DNA of 64,000 nucleotides from a virus. Where the stretch lies: IMG/VR virus record IMGVR_UViG_3300034417_000033, positions 32,001-96,000 of that record, one strand, 5' to 3'. Both the position numbers and the translations under genes were made by a program. Below are positions 18,962 to 29,150 of this stretch, piece by piece; within the stretch, counting starts at the first letter, position 1, and each line of letters begins with the position of its first letter. The notes under the pieces are model-generated. The model ran no database searches and had not been told where the DNA came from. It saw only the letters and a list, made by a program, of their open reading frames with translations.

Positions 18962-19627
18962 TTATAAGGTGTTTTTATAATAATTGTAAACTCTTTCAAG
19001 CCACATATCTTTATACTTGTGGTATTCCGAGCCCTCAATGACAAATTCCTGGTATGCTCCTTCTCGGGACATCATCAAGATTACGCCAGTTTCAATGTTT
19101 GTGCCAAACAGCGCATTATGTGCTTCGCCATATGCACAAAGTTGCAGCTTGTAATCTTCAACCCACTCATCTTTTTTGGCGCGGCGGGCGTTTTTATAAT
19201 CTATAATGGCAGGCTTATGTTTCCATTTGCCAACCAAGTCAGTTGTACCTGCGAAAAGCTGGGGATAGTAGACTGTTGCCTCAATCCCCCAAATTTCCGT
19301 CACATGCTTAAGACCCTTTCGGATAATAGTATCAGCAAACATCTTCGATATTAACGGTCCAGTTCTCTCTGGTTTATCAAGCAAAAAGTTTTCTAAATTA
19401 GAATGAAGATGCGTTCCGATGTTTTGGGCTTCTTCTGTAATTCTTTTTGCTTCATCGTCGCCTACACGTTCCCTCCATTGGTCAAGAAAAGAAGTGTCTT
19501 TTCCATAAGAAAGAATTGTAGTGACTGAAGGTAATTTATATCCGTCTTGTGTATCGTAAAAGCGAATGCCGTTGTTCTCTATTCGCTCTAATTTTTTATA
19601 ATTGTATAAGTTGAGCATCTTATTCAT
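18962..19627 (-). CDS. PD-(D/E)XK Cas4-like exonuclease
   Basis: PSVTTIL, GTHLH, AGTTD, IIDYK, QLCAY. Confidence 0.9.
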   Translation of the reverse strand: MNKMLNLYNYKKLERIENNGIRFYDTQDGYKLPSVTTILSYGKDTSFLDQWRERVGDDEAKRITEEAQNIGTHLHSNLENFLLDKPERTGPLISKMFADTIIRKGLKHVTEIWGIEATVYYPQLFAGTTDLVGKWKHKPAIIDYKNARRAKKDEWVEDYKLQLCAYGEAHNALFGTNIETGVILMMSREGAYQEFVIEGSEYHKYKDMWLERVYNYYKNTL

Positions 19628-19632
19628 ACCGT

Positions 19633-19661
19633 AGTATAGCTTAAGATGCTGGGTATGTCAA
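19633..19661 (-). promoter_or_regulatory. sigma70 promoter TTGACA-17-TATACT
   Basis: Consensus; ATG 5 nt after the -10 box. Confidence 0.8.
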
Positions 19662-19673
19662 GTGTTTTCTACA

Positions 19674-20564
19674 TTACCACTTAACAGTCCACTGAAGTGT
19701 GGTTCCTGTCGATGGGTTTTCTGCAAGTGTAATGCTGTATCCCAAGTCAGTGAAATGCTTTTTAACATAATCTATTTGGTCTTGGATGATAGGGTCTTTA
19801 GAAGTCCCTGCAACAACATCGTAATAAGGATACGAATCAGGCTTAGCATCGTTGTTAAGATCCTGAGGTGTTGTCATTGGAGTATTTACGTCAACTGTTA
19901 CAGGAGATGTGTTTGTGTACAATTTTGTATACAACAAGCCAGTTTCAGTCGATAACACAATTCCCCAAAGTAATGGATCCATACCAAGGTCAACATCAGT
20001 GGATTGTACTACCCATCCAGTGTTTGCTTGAGTTCCCTCTGTTACATACACTGCTGCGTTCGGAACGTCAGTGTCGAGATTAAAATCAACTACTCTTGCC
20101 CAACCAAACTCACTAGCAGCGAAAAGGCCGTTTTGTTCAGGACGTGTTTGGTTCTTAACTAACACTCTATCCTGATCGACAGTTTGAATTCCGTCAATTA
20201 CAAGTAACCCGCCAGTTATAATATCTATATCAGCGGTAGTTGCAAGACGAACAGGAGTATGCCATGTAATGCCGGATGGTGACGGGGAAACCCAAACATC
20301 GCCTGCATTAGGATTAGCAGGAGATATTGTCTGAACATATACTGTCCCATTAACATTTGTTTTAGGAACTGCAACAGCAACCCAAGCATATGTAGCTGGT
20401 GTTGACGATGTCATATGTGGAACTAAAGTAGAACGCTTATGCAAGTCTATTTGCACTAAAATTGATTGTTGAATCGCACAAATCTCTTTAAAGATTACAG
20501 CATAATCTCTAGAGCTAATCTTAGCATCTGATGCGGGTAAAAAAGAACTTGAGTCGCAGGTCAT
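19674..20564 (-). CDS. Putative structural protein with tail-fibre-like module
   Basis: VRLATTA..IDG..DRVLVKNQT..QNG module. Confidence 0.7.
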   Translation of the reverse strand: MTCDSSSFLPASDAKISSRDYAVIFKEICAIQQSILVQIDLHKRSTLVPHMTSSTPATYAWVAVAVPKTNVNGTVYVQTISPANPNAGDVWVSPSPSGITWHTPVRLATTADIDIITGGLLVIDGIQTVDQDRVLVKNQTRPEQNGLFAASEFGWARVVDFNLDTDVPNAAVYVTEGTQANTGWVVQSTDVDLGMDPLLWGIVLSTETGLLYTKLYTNTSPVTVDVNTPMTTPQDLNNDAKPDSYPYYDVVAGTSKDPIIQDQIDYVKKHFTDLGYSITLAENPSTGTTLQWTVKW

Positions 20565-20575
20565 TTATATCTTCC

Positions 20576-20905
20576 TCAATTAACTGCTTTTTGGGCTAAA
20601 TCCGAAACCATATCACTGCTGCTTTGGCCATCGCCACCATTATCGCCGCCCATCGAAGAATCTTCTTTAGCTCCCAACGTAACAGACTTTTCATTTGCAT
20701 CTGAAACAAATGGGCTGCTTTGTAAAACAGGAATCAAAGATTCTGCGTCTGCATTAAAGCCCATTTGATTAAGTTGCTGACAAAGTTTACTTGTGTCTAT
20801 TTCAGAAATGCCATTTGCTTTTAATGTTGCAAGCAGGTCAGCCAGGGCTGACTCTACTTTATTAGTATAGTCATTCCCTTCCTGTAATATTTCGTGTGCT
20901 CGCAT
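20576..20905 (-). CDS. Hypothetical head-associated protein
   Basis: Likely start MRAHEILQE right after the upstream stop. Confidence 0.7.
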   Translation of the reverse strand: MRAHEILQEGNDYTNKVESALADLLATLKANGISEIDTSKLCQQLNQMGFNADAESLIPVLQSSPFVSDANEKSVTLGAKEDSSMGGDNGGDGQSSSDMVSDLAQKAVN

Positions 20906-20906
20906 C

Positions 20907-22205
20907 TTATTTTCTAGACTTAAGACGTTTAGCTTGTGCAATAAGATTTTTTGTTTCTAAAATTTTACGCTTTAAATCAGCTTCCTTGGATTCTTTTGTT
21001 GCACGTCCCAATGGCTCTTCTTCAGGACCAGCAGCAGCAATGTCGCCACCGAAAGCGTCACCTGCTAAGTCTTCAACATCGTTGCCCAGCTCGTCGTCAA
21101 CACCCATATCGCCCATATCGTTAAAATCTTCACCGCCGCCGATCTCGGCGTCCATATCTGTTTCAGCATCCATTCCACCACCAGTGGAAATGCTTGTTAC
21201 AGATGCATCAATTTTATCTTTAGTAGAACGCAGATTTCCAAGAACGTTTTCAAGTTCGCTTTGCATTGTAGTTTGAAACGATGCCGCAACGTCTTGACCG
21301 TATGCTTGACGCATTTGATCGGAAACTGGAGGAAGATCTTCGTTCATAAGTCTGCCTACTTTTTCGATCATATCTTGCAATTCTTGACTGAAGCCTTTAG
21401 CAGCAATAATAACTTCTGCTTGCTCAACTTCGCTTTCTAGAAGAGCACGTAATTGTTTTACAAAATTTTCTTTCATTTGTGTGGTCCCTTTTTTTCTAAG
21501 AAGTGCTTGTTTGCCATGTGGGTATGATACTTTTCCGTCATGGTCGTGATTATGGTTATTTTGTGGGGAGTCAACTGTGATGTTGTCCCAATCTATTCCT
21601 GAGCTGCTTTTAGGGCCCGCTTTAATGAATTGGGATGCTCTTTCTCTAGCTGCTGGATCAGCAATATCACGCCCTGTTTTATCTAAATTGGCGTTGTATG
21701 CTTCATCTACTTCTGGCTCAAGCAATTGATTGCCAATGTTCGGCAACAGTTCTTGCACTTTGTTTTTCAAATCATATTCGATTTCGTAATCTGGGAATCT
21801 ATACTTGCTGGAACGGTAATGTTTCATGGCATGTTTGATTGCCTCTTCTTCATCATCGCCAACTTCTACATTCTGCACAACAAAGTTAGCCAAGTTATCA
21901 ATAACTTTAGTATATACTCTGCTTGCTGGGCCTACGCTTCCAGATTCGTTTAATTGCTTCTTGCCGGATATAAGAAGATTTACACCTTCCAGCATAAGCA
22001 ATTGCTTAACAAGCTCCGGATCTTTTGGAGACATGTTTTCCTTAATTTTTAAGGTCATGACATTTTTCTTAATGTCACTTTTAATGTTGTTAAGATCTTC
22101 AACAGAAACTTCAGAATCAAGTGTAAACCCAAAGTTCTCTCTCAAAAACGAGTTGATTTTACCCAACTTAGTGTCTCTGTTAAAATCAAAATCCTGTAAA
22201 AGCAT
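20907..22205 (-). CDS. Acidic prohead core/scaffold-like protein
   Basis: LLESEVEQAEV, acidic tail EEPLGRA..ES, late box upstream. Confidence 0.6.
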   Translation of the reverse strand: MLLQDFDFNRDTKLGKINSFLRENFGFTLDSEVSVEDLNNIKSDIKKNVMTLKIKENMSPKDPELVKQLLMLEGVNLLISGKKQLNESGSVGPASRVYTKVIDNLANFVVQNVEVGDDEEEAIKHAMKHYRSSKYRFPDYEIEYDLKNKVQELLPNIGNQLLEPEVDEAYNANLDKTGRDIADPAARERASQFIKAGPKSSSGIDWDNITVDSPQNNHNHDHDGKVSYPHGKQALLRKKGTTQMKENFVKQLRALLESEVEQAEVIIAAKGFSQELQDMIEKVGRLMNEDLPPVSDQMRQAYGQDVAASFQTTMQSELENVLGNLRSTKDKIDASVTSISTGGGMDAETDMDAEIGGGEDFNDMGDMGVDDELGNDVEDLAGDAFGGDIAAAGPEEEPLGRATKESKEADLKRKILETKNLIAQAKRLKSRK

Positions 22206-22233
22206 AGTTAAAATTCCTTTAAATTCTTTCTAT

Positions 22234-22241
22234 TATTTATC
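22234..22241 (-). promoter_or_regulatory. Late promoter box GATAAATA
   Basis: Octamer, intergenic. Confidence 0.7.
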
Positions 22242-22253
22242 ATATTTCTGTAG

Positions 22254-22697
22254 TTAAACAGAAATTTTCTTCGACTGTATTTTTCGACGCAATCTTTCCA
22301 TTGCATCCATTGCAACTAGTATCCTATCTTCTAACACAAGGTATCTTTCTACATCCTTTTTATCCAATGCAAACGACGCATTGTGTTTATAGAACTTTAA
22401 ATCTTCCTTATGCTTTGCAAACTGTGTATCTAACTCCAACAATGCTGGGATATCAAAATATTTCTTTTTAATCACTCTACCATATATCATAAGTGCTGAA
22501 TCATATAGAAAAATATCAGAATACAATATCTTTCCAGAAACAACACTGTATAAGCCAGTGGTTCGACGTATTAATGAACATGTTCCAGATTGTTGGAGAA
22601 TTTCATCTACTAATGCTGCGGCGTTTATTTTTTTAGCAGCAAGTTCTACGGCCTTCTCTAATGTGTCTATAGCTTTCTTTCTTTTATTTTTATTCAT
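22254..22697 (-). CDS. Hypothetical protein
   Basis: Packed ORF. Confidence 0.75.
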   Translation of the reverse strand: MNKNKRKKAIDTLEKAVELAAKKINAAALVDEILQQSGTCSLIRRTTGLYSVVSGKILYSDIFLYDSALMIYGRVIKKKYFDIPALLELDTQFAKHKEDLKFYKHNASFALDKKDVERYLVLEDRILVAMDAMERLRRKIQSKKISV

Positions 22698-23388
22698 GTC
22701 TGGGCTTTGGGCCCGGTTTTTTATTTGGTTTCAGTTTTCGTAGCTTATTCTTTAATTCATTTTTTGGCATAACTGCGCCAGCAATGGATGCAGAATGTAA
22801 TACACCAAATGTAGATTCTTCAACTCCCAAAGGAGATGATTTATCTTCTATGCCTGCGAGCTGTTTAATTCTCTGTATTTCTTTTTCAGCAGCAGCTTTA
22901 TTTGGTACTTGAGGTGTATTAGTGGCAACAATTTGTTCGGGCCCATTCGTTCTGTAAGTTGTTGCTCCAGCTATATTGTTAACGTTTTTGACGGTAACTT
23001 CCTTTGATTGACCTTTATTTTGTTTTGGTATTCTAACTTTGTCGCCAGCATGTAACTTAGTTAAATCTATTTCTTGGTTACCAGGAGTTGTTGGATTGGC
23101 TGGCTTGCTGGCAGCGTTTAGTGACGCATTTCCAGATTGTGCAGCAGGATCAGGCTGCATAGATTGTTGTGCAGTTGCATACGAGTTTGCACCTTCCTCT
23201 GTTTTTCTAGGAATGTCTGATACTCCTAAAATGTTTGCAACAGTCTGAAGGTCATCAGCATTTATTGCTTTTTCAACATTTACATAGTCACTAAAACTCA
23301 ACTGACGTACTAGTTCCTTTGCTACATCAGTGTCCATTCCTAATCTAGACGACAGTGTATATTCTAACCCTTCTGACAATTTTCTCAT
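22690..23388 (-). CDS. Hypothetical head-associated protein
   Basis: MRKLSE start, RIKQLAGI motif; late box at 23432-23439. Confidence 0.7.
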   Translation of the reverse strand: MRKLSEGLEYTLSSRLGMDTDVAKELVRQLSFSDYVNVEKAINADDLQTVANILGVSDIPRKTEEGANSYATAQQSMQPDPAAQSGNASLNAASKPANPTTPGNQEIDLTKLHAGDKVRIPKQNKGQSKEVTVKNVNNIAGATTYRTNGPEQIVATNTPQVPNKAAAEKEIQRIKQLAGIEDKSSPLGVEESTFGVLHSASIAGAVMPKNELKNKLRKLKPNKKPGPKPRHE

Positions 23389-23834
23389 TTATTAACCTTT
23401 ATAAACTCCACGTTTTTGTTTTCACCCACTGTATTTATCACAGATCCGTTTGGCAAAACAATCCCATGAAGTTCTTTGATTAACAGCCCTACTGGGTCTG
23501 AATCATCTTCAAAAGAGTATTCGTCCTCTACTGCAAACTCCCATATGAACCCCTCACCATCTAGTGTGGGAGAACCCATTAGTTTTAAATCCACAGTCAC
23601 TTTAGGCTCCATCATTACATATGGCATAGACCTAAGAGCAATACTTTGCAACAGTAGTTCAAAGTTTTTTTGACTCTCGTCCTGTATGCTGCCAGTTGTC
23701 AGAATATAGATCCCAGTTGCATCTTCCGGGTATGTTACTGCTTTGGGTGACGAAGCATACATTTTAAAATGCCCAAGACTTTCCACTGATGAGTTGAATT
23801 GAGCTTTTGCGCTTCCGTTAATTCTGTCAGGCAT
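23385..23834 (-). CDS. Conserved hypothetical protein
   Basis: SQKNFE motif; packed. Confidence 0.75.
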   Translation of the reverse strand: MPDRINGSAKAQFNSSVESLGHFKMYASSPKAVTYPEDATGIYILTTGSIQDESQKNFELLLQSIALRSMPYVMMEPKVTVDLKLMGSPTLDGEGFIWEFAVEDEYSFEDDSDPVGLLIKELHGIVLPNGSVINTVGENKNVEFIKVNK

Positions 23835-23843
23835 TGCCTATCC

Positions 23844-25238
23844 TTATTTTTCTAATTTCTTTAAAATGCTTTGTAAGTCACTGCCTCTACTCAGCACACT
23901 TTTTTCTTCTTTCTTTTTCTCTGGACTCACAACACTTTTTTGTTTCAAAGTATTTAGAATATTGGAAGTTTGTGCACCAATTGATGTTTCTTCACCCTCT
24001 TCCAAATCTAAGATCCTTAAGGACTTTGTGTTAAACTTCAAGTCTACTTTAGATCCAACACCAGAAGACGACCGCGTTTTCATAAACTGTATTTGGTATC
24101 TTCCTTGTTCTTTCATAGACGAAGTAACAAAAATACCAATAACATTATCCGCTGTGTTGATTTTGGAAATACCACCAGAGATGTGTGAGTGATCAAATTC
24201 TACTTCTTCATGAGACGATCTGTTTAACTGCGATGCTGTTACAAACAATACATTTAGATCTACTGCTAGGTCACGCAAGTTCTCACTTACATACTTATCT
24301 TTGACGAACAGGTCACTCGGTGAAACTTTGACATTCGTTGGCATACATAAGTCCAAATAGTCGAGTAGGATTGCATCTACCTTAACGCCTGTTTGGATTT
24401 CATATTCTTTAATGTAGGCCTTAATGTCGTTTGCTGTACAACCGTTTTTAAGCTGTTTAATACGCAACGAGCCTTTATTTTTCTTTGCCGCGACTCTGAT
24501 CTTGAAATCAACATCAGTTCTATTCTTCATTACTTCTTGTGTTGCATACCCAGTGAACATGGCGTCGATACGCATGGCACAAAGGACTTCACTTAATTCC
24601 AAACTAAGGTAAACTACGTTCAGACCCATATCAGACCAGTTAACTGCAAAATTCTGCAAGAACAAAGATTTACCAGCACCTGACTGTCCGCAGAAGATTG
24701 TCAATTCCCCTCTGTTCAATCCACCATATAGCTTTTGGTCAATTGATTTATATCCGGTGCTAATTGTATTTTTACTGTTGGCCATTTTATCCAAACGACC
24801 TAACGGATCAGCAAAATAGTCTGTACCTAAATCTTTAACAAGACCAATAGAAACAGCGTCTTTAACTTGCTTTTCAACTTCCCCGTATCTCCCTTCCATT
24901 AACAAGTCTGGAGATTTATAAATCACATGTTCTAATTGCCGGTACCTTGCAAACTCTTCGTATTCCTTTAAAAACCAATCCTTATGTCCGTCGTTTACGC
25001 TATCTAATATTGATACTTCTTTTCCTGTGGTTGCTTTTATCTGCTGTATTAGCGGCAGTGTTCCAAACTCGTTTGCATGTTCTAGAATAAACGCAACTGC
25101 TTTTTTATTTTTATTATCATGAAAGTGGCTTGGGTCAATTACCCCCATACACCTAACAAATAACTCCGGTTCTGTTACGAAGAAGTTTACAAACACATCC
25201 TCGATTTCCTTCGTATACTCTTTTATATCATTGCTCAT
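23844..25238 (-). CDS. Replicative DnaB-like helicase (T4 gp41-like)
   Basis: GQSGAGKS, SLEL, LDYLDL, TASQLNR, KTR. Confidence 0.95.
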   Translation of the reverse strand: MSNDIKEYTKEIEDVFVNFFVTEPELFVRCMGVIDPSHFHDNKNKKAVAFILEHANEFGTLPLIQQIKATTGKEVSILDSVNDGHKDWFLKEYEEFARYRQLEHVIYKSPDLLMEGRYGEVEKQVKDAVSIGLVKDLGTDYFADPLGRLDKMANSKNTISTGYKSIDQKLYGGLNRGELTIFCGQSGAGKSLFLQNFAVNWSDMGLNVVYLSLELSEVLCAMRIDAMFTGYATQEVMKNRTDVDFKIRVAAKKNKGSLRIKQLKNGCTANDIKAYIKEYEIQTGVKVDAILLDYLDLCMPTNVKVSPSDLFVKDKYVSENLRDLAVDLNVLFVTASQLNRSSHEEVEFDHSHISGGISKINTADNVIGIFVTSSMKEQGRYQIQFMKTRSSSGVGSKVDLKFNTKSLRILDLEEGEETSIGAQTSNILNTLKQKSVVSPEKKKEEKSVLSRGSDLQSILKKLEK

Positions 25239-26241
25239 TATAGTTGTCCATTTTCCTTAGAATATTTATTTTTAATGGATTTGTCTCTATCGACGACAAG
25301 ATGGAATGCAATGTAATCAGTCTGCCATACACCTGGCATGCCTGTCCAGCGTCTTTAATATTATTCGCCCATTTTGGAAAAGCGACTGCCCATTTATTTT
25401 CTATTGCAACTGCAACTAGTGGGTCGCCATCCTTATCCCTGTCCGGACATACAACAATTTGTTTATTTAGAGAATTTATAATATCTATTTGGGTTTTATT
25501 TATAGTTCCTAAACTAGAAACCCCATCTGTTAAGTATGCGTCTAACACACCTTCATTTACAATGCAGTATTTTCTGTCATCCTTCTGCTTGTCTAAATTA
25601 TAAACATAATTGTCCGGCATCGTATTTATGTACCGGCGTATGGTTTTATTATGAACATCCTTATAATATCTACCAGTGTTGCCTACAAGTTTGCCATTAT
25701 AATAAAACGGTATTATTATTCGTTTGCATTGCTGCAATTCTTTTTTAGGACTCCAGTAGATATCACCTAAGGACAAATGTCTCTCGTTTGCATATTTCAC
25801 AGCCTGCAAATAATCCATATCTGTGCATCCTTCCCAGCTAGACAAAGGCAGAGAATCCTCCGGAAGTTCAATCTCTTTCCATTTGTCAAATACATTTCCG
25901 GCTAAGACAGGAGAAGCAAATATTTGGCCTGCTTCCTTTTCCCTAAAAGATTGGAATTTTAATTTGTTTACATCAGCCTTTGGCATGCCGATCGCAGTAA
26001 GGAACCAACAGAAATCTTTACTCAGTTCTGTTCCCACTGTCCACAGTGCATGAAATTGGCAATTGAAACAATTTATTCCTATGCCGTCGGGCGACAGCTT
26101 GACTCCGAATCTGCCCTTCTTATCCTGAGTGTAGCCACGCTGGACACAAAGTGGGCAGTTTCTAGTTTTCCAACCTTTTCTGGAGTTCTTTAAATTAGGA
26201 AGATAATTTGTTATTGTTTGTTCTAATACTTCCGCTAACAT
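25228..26241 (-). CDS. DNA primase (gp61-like)
   Basis: CPLC..CFNC Zn ribbon, RIIIPF, EGVLDA, PDRD, KD TOPRIM. Confidence 0.92.
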   Translation of the reverse strand: MLAEVLEQTITNYLPNLKNSRKGWKTRNCPLCVQRGYTQDKKGRFGVKLSPDGIGINCFNCQFHALWTVGTELSKDFCWFLTAIGMPKADVNKLKFQSFREKEAGQIFASPVLAGNVFDKWKEIELPEDSLPLSSWEGCTDMDYLQAVKYANERHLSLGDIYWSPKKELQQCKRIIIPFYYNGKLVGNTGRYYKDVHNKTIRRYINTMPDNYVYNLDKQKDDRKYCIVNEGVLDAYLTDGVSSLGTINKTQIDIINSLNKQIVVCPDRDKDGDPLVAVAIENKWAVAFPKWANNIKDAGQACQVYGRLITLHSILSSIETNPLKINILRKMDNYNEQ

Positions 26242-26247
26242 GTTGCA

Positions 26248-26276
26248 ATTATAGCAAATTGTTATATAATTGTCAA
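26248..26276 (-). promoter_or_regulatory. sigma70 promoter TTGACA-17-TATAAT
   Basis: Perfect consensus; ATG 6 nt downstream. Confidence 0.85.
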
Positions 26277-27154
26277 GCCCTTAAATAAACTTTTACAATT
26301 GGCGTGTTATCTTCTTTTAATGATGATGGACGCTCGTAAGCATTAAGAATAGGTGAATCTGGTCTCCAAGAAAATTTAAGCCATCTGACATTAGCACTAA
26401 AAGTATAATACTTAAATGAAGTCTCGTGTACAAAAGGATGCTCTACGCCATCGCCCATATAATCAATCTTAAAAAATTCATTCGGATCGACAGGAGCCAC
26501 GGTTTCTAAACTTCCCATTAAATAAAACTTGCCAGAGAAGTCACGCATATTCACAGCAAAAGTGTGGGAAGCATGAATGTTGTTTTTTATTCTGTTTGCT
26601 TGGAATGCAGAACTGTAATACACATTAGCTGGCATGTCATCCCAAATTTCCATCTGGGAAACCCAATCGCTGTACCCAACTTCTTTTGTTGGTGCGGGAG
26701 TCATATCTACTGCGGGCATTATTTCCACTGTCATGGATATATGTGCAGACAAGTCTGTGTATAGTGGAGTTGTTGGAGTATCGTATTCATCCGAAGTATT
26801 TCCAGCAACAAAGAAGTTGTAAAAGCCAGGGGCAATGTCGGCAATCTCACGCTCAAGAATATCTAAAGAAAATAATCCCTTAGTTGATGTCGTGAGTTTT
26901 GCTTTTTTCTGCAATACTCGCTCTTGATTTTCGACAGACACCATAGTAGCAACAAGATTGAATTGGTCTATCTTTGTTTTCTTTCGATCGGAGTCATACA
27001 CAATAAAATTAATTTTATTATCAACACCTTTGTAAATGCGTATAGTATTATCGTTCATAGGCCTGTTGTCGGTTGTATTACAAGAGCAGGTTATCACATC
27101 ATCCTCTAAAAGAAGGGTGATTAGCTGATTGTAAAGGTATAGTGTGTGAATCAT
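26273..27154 (-). CDS. Late hypothetical (probable structural) protein
   Basis: IYKGVDNKINF motif; GGTAAATA box at 27160-27167. Confidence 0.7.
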   Translation of the reverse strand: MIHTLYLYNQLITLLLEDDVITCSCNTTDNRPMNDNTIRIYKGVDNKINFIVYDSDRKKTKIDQFNLVATMVSVENQERVLQKKAKLTTSTKGLFSLDILEREIADIAPGFYNFFVAGNTSDEYDTPTTPLYTDLSAHISMTVEIMPAVDMTPAPTKEVGYSDWVSQMEIWDDMPANVYYSSAFQANRIKNNIHASHTFAVNMRDFSGKFYLMGSLETVAPVDPNEFFKIDYMGDGVEHPFVHETSFKYYTFSANVRWLKFSWRPDSPILNAYERPSSLKEDNTPIVKVYLRA

Positions 27155-27159
27155 ACCAG

Positions 27160-27204
27160 TATTTACCTTTTTTTAATCAACAAATCATTTTCATCTGATA
27201 AATA
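27160..27204. promoter_or_regulatory. Divergent pair of late boxes (GGTAAATA minus 27160-27167; GATAAATA plus 27197-27204)
   Basis: Each box lies 5-7 nt before an ATG. Confidence 0.7.
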
Positions 27205-27211
27205 AAAAGCC

Positions 27212-27580
27212 ATGGATGAAAATGATATCAAACAAAATTTTCCGTTCCTCACTATTCTGAAACATCAGATAAAGGAGTACATCTGTATCGTTCAGAATTC
27301 AGATGAAAACATAATCAGCTTCTATGATTTTAATTCTATTAAAACTCAAGCAGAAAAAGAAATATTCCTACAACTAGGGGATACTTGGTGGTGGGAGTCT
27401 AATAGGATGTTACCTATATCAGTATTCCTCCCAAATCAAATGAAGACCTTCCAATACTGCTTAAAAACCATTCTTAGAAAAGATGCAGAAGTAGTAGTTG
27501 GGCCTTGCACTTCACTTCAAAACATTATACAGAAAAGAATCAAGCGTCGGCAGATATCTTTAATCAGGAAGATCGTTTAG
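27212..27580 (+). CDS. Conserved hypothetical protein (only internal plus-strand gene)
   Basis: FPFLT, WWWESNR..PI motif; own late box. Confidence 0.85.
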   Translation: MDENDIKQNFPFLTILKHQIKEYICIVQNSDENIISFYDFNSIKTQAEKEIFLQLGDTWWWESNRMLPISVFLPNQMKTFQYCLKTILRKDAEVVVGPCTSLQNIIQKRIKRRQISLIRKIV

Positions 27581-28150
27581 AAGATTAAGATGCACGCCTA
27601 CCAAGTGTGCATACGAAATCGAATGCGCCATTTTGAAATAGTAGCTTCCGTCTGTCGGTTTATCCCAAACAGTTTTGGCAACTTCGTCCCACTTCTTACC
27701 AACTAAATGCCTTTTGCCTGGCCTAATTACAGCAAGAAACATTGCGACCTTTTCAAACGTATCAACTGCTTCTGGCATTTCTAACAATAAATCATAGTGG
27801 TTTGCAATATGAACTAACTGTTCGCATACTGCCCTATCATAAATCAATGCCCAATTGGGCTCTACCATGAGAGCATCGAGGTGCTCTTCATCACGAACTA
27901 GCTCATATACTGAGTTGTTTAGTATATCTATTTTAAAATAGCCTAAGTTCGGAGATTCCTTATAATCAATGGTAGCGATATTTGTAAATGGGTTAACAGG
28001 TATATTTTGAAGATATATCCCAGTGTTGTGCTTAACTATTTCTTCGTTACGGTGCATCATAGCAAGCGTATGTGGTAACTTAGAAAGAACCAAGTCTCTG
28101 TTTGCTACGTCGATATCAATATCAGTGTCAAAATTTATTCTTGTGTCCAT
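27560..28150 (-). CDS. Mini DNA polymerase III alpha (DnaE)-like protein
   Basis: DIDIDV, KHNTGIY, YFKIDILN, AVIRPG, YFKMAHSISYA. Confidence 0.85.
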   Translation of the reverse strand: MDTRINFDTDIDIDVANRDLVLSKLPHTLAMMHRNEEIVKHNTGIYLQNIPVNPFTNIATIDYKESPNLGYFKIDILNNSVYELVRDEEHLDALMVEPNWALIYDRAVCEQLVHIANHYDLLLEMPEAVDTFEKVAMFLAVIRPGKRHLVGKKWDEVAKTVWDKPTDGSYYFKMAHSISYAHLVGVHLNLLNDLPD

Positions 28151-28437
28151 TTCCTAAATTCGCTCGTGAAATATTCGCCAGTGTATTTTAATTTAAAAGC
28201 CAGCTCATCTTGTTTGTTGTGAAAATCCACCATACTCAGGAAGTGCAAGTTGCGGACAAAATATTGTGGTATCATAATATCCTCGTCAACAACGGTGTCA
28301 GACCATCGACGGCAAAAGTCCTCAACTTTATCAGCATTGGCATCGCATGGAAAGCCTAGTATGGTAGTAAAAATGCAAAGATTCGTAATAAGGCTCAACA
28401 TACTCCTGCTTCGAAAAGCTAAATCTTGATCACCCAT
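28135..28437 (-). CDS. Hypothetical protein
   Basis: QDELAFKLKY motif. Confidence 0.65.
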   Translation of the reverse strand: MGDQDLAFRSRSMLSLITNLCIFTTILGFPCDANADKVEDFCRRWSDTVVDEDIMIPQYFVRNLHFLSMVDFHNKQDELAFKLKYTGEYFTSEFRKWTQE

Positions 28438-29150
28438 TATACTCCTGCGGCAGCTAAAATTTCCTTAACAAACTTAGCATCGTCCTGATTCTGTAGGATT
28501 TTATTTCCCCAAAACTCTGGGTTAATAGCACTCTCAATTATAGTCCCTTGTTCTTCGTTCATTCTACCTAGCAATTGCGGGCCAGTGCTGGACAAATACA
28601 ACACCCACGGACTTATCTTTCCTGATTTTATGAGGTGTGTTGCTTCCACTGGATGGCACGCCACAAAGAAATCAGTAAATTCACGCTGATGTGCTGTTGC
28701 CCATAATTGCATTTCAACAATTGTTCGCTCAACTGCTTTTTCAACCGGCTCTCTTTTGACAAGTTCCGATAGATACGCCTCATACACAATATCGTTACAC
28801 CACTTATCTAGTGGGATGCCCTGTTTAAGAACAAAATCAACAAATTGCTCTGGCATAATTGGATTTAAACCAATCAAATGTCTGCCAAATTTAACAAACG
28901 CCGAATAAAATTGACTATTGATAAAATCCATTTCATTTTTCGGCGTTTTAGACGTAGTAGTTATTTCATAAAACTTTTGAAACACCCTAAAACCAAATCT
29001 AGCTCCAGGTGTGTCCTTATCAGTGTATCTTCTTTTCTTAACGCACATGTGCGCAGACAATGTCTTCTCTGAAGAAAAGCCTTTCTCACAAAATTTGCAA
29101 ATGTGATCTCTATTTGAAAATAACTTTGATTGTTTCTTCGTCATACCCAT
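28437..29150 (-). CDS. Zn-finger-containing conserved protein
   Basis: CKFC...HMC; GKISPW. Confidence 0.8.
   Translation of the reverse strand: MGMTKKQSKLFSNRDHICKFCEKGFSSEKTLSAHMCVKKRRYTDKDTPGARFGFRVFQKFYEITTTSKTPKNEMDFINSQFYSAFVKFGRHLIGLNPIMPEQFVDFVLKQGIPLDKWCNDIVYEAYLSELVKREPVEKAVERTIVEMQLWATAHQREFTDFFVACHPVEATHLIKSGKISPWVLYLSSTGPQLLGRMNEEQGTIIESAINPEFWGNKILQNQDDAKFVKEILAAAGV

Noticed and set aside
18962-19627. Cas4 as part of a CRISPR system
   Set aside because: No repeat-spacer array or other cas genes seen; stand-alone Cas4-like nucleases are common in phages
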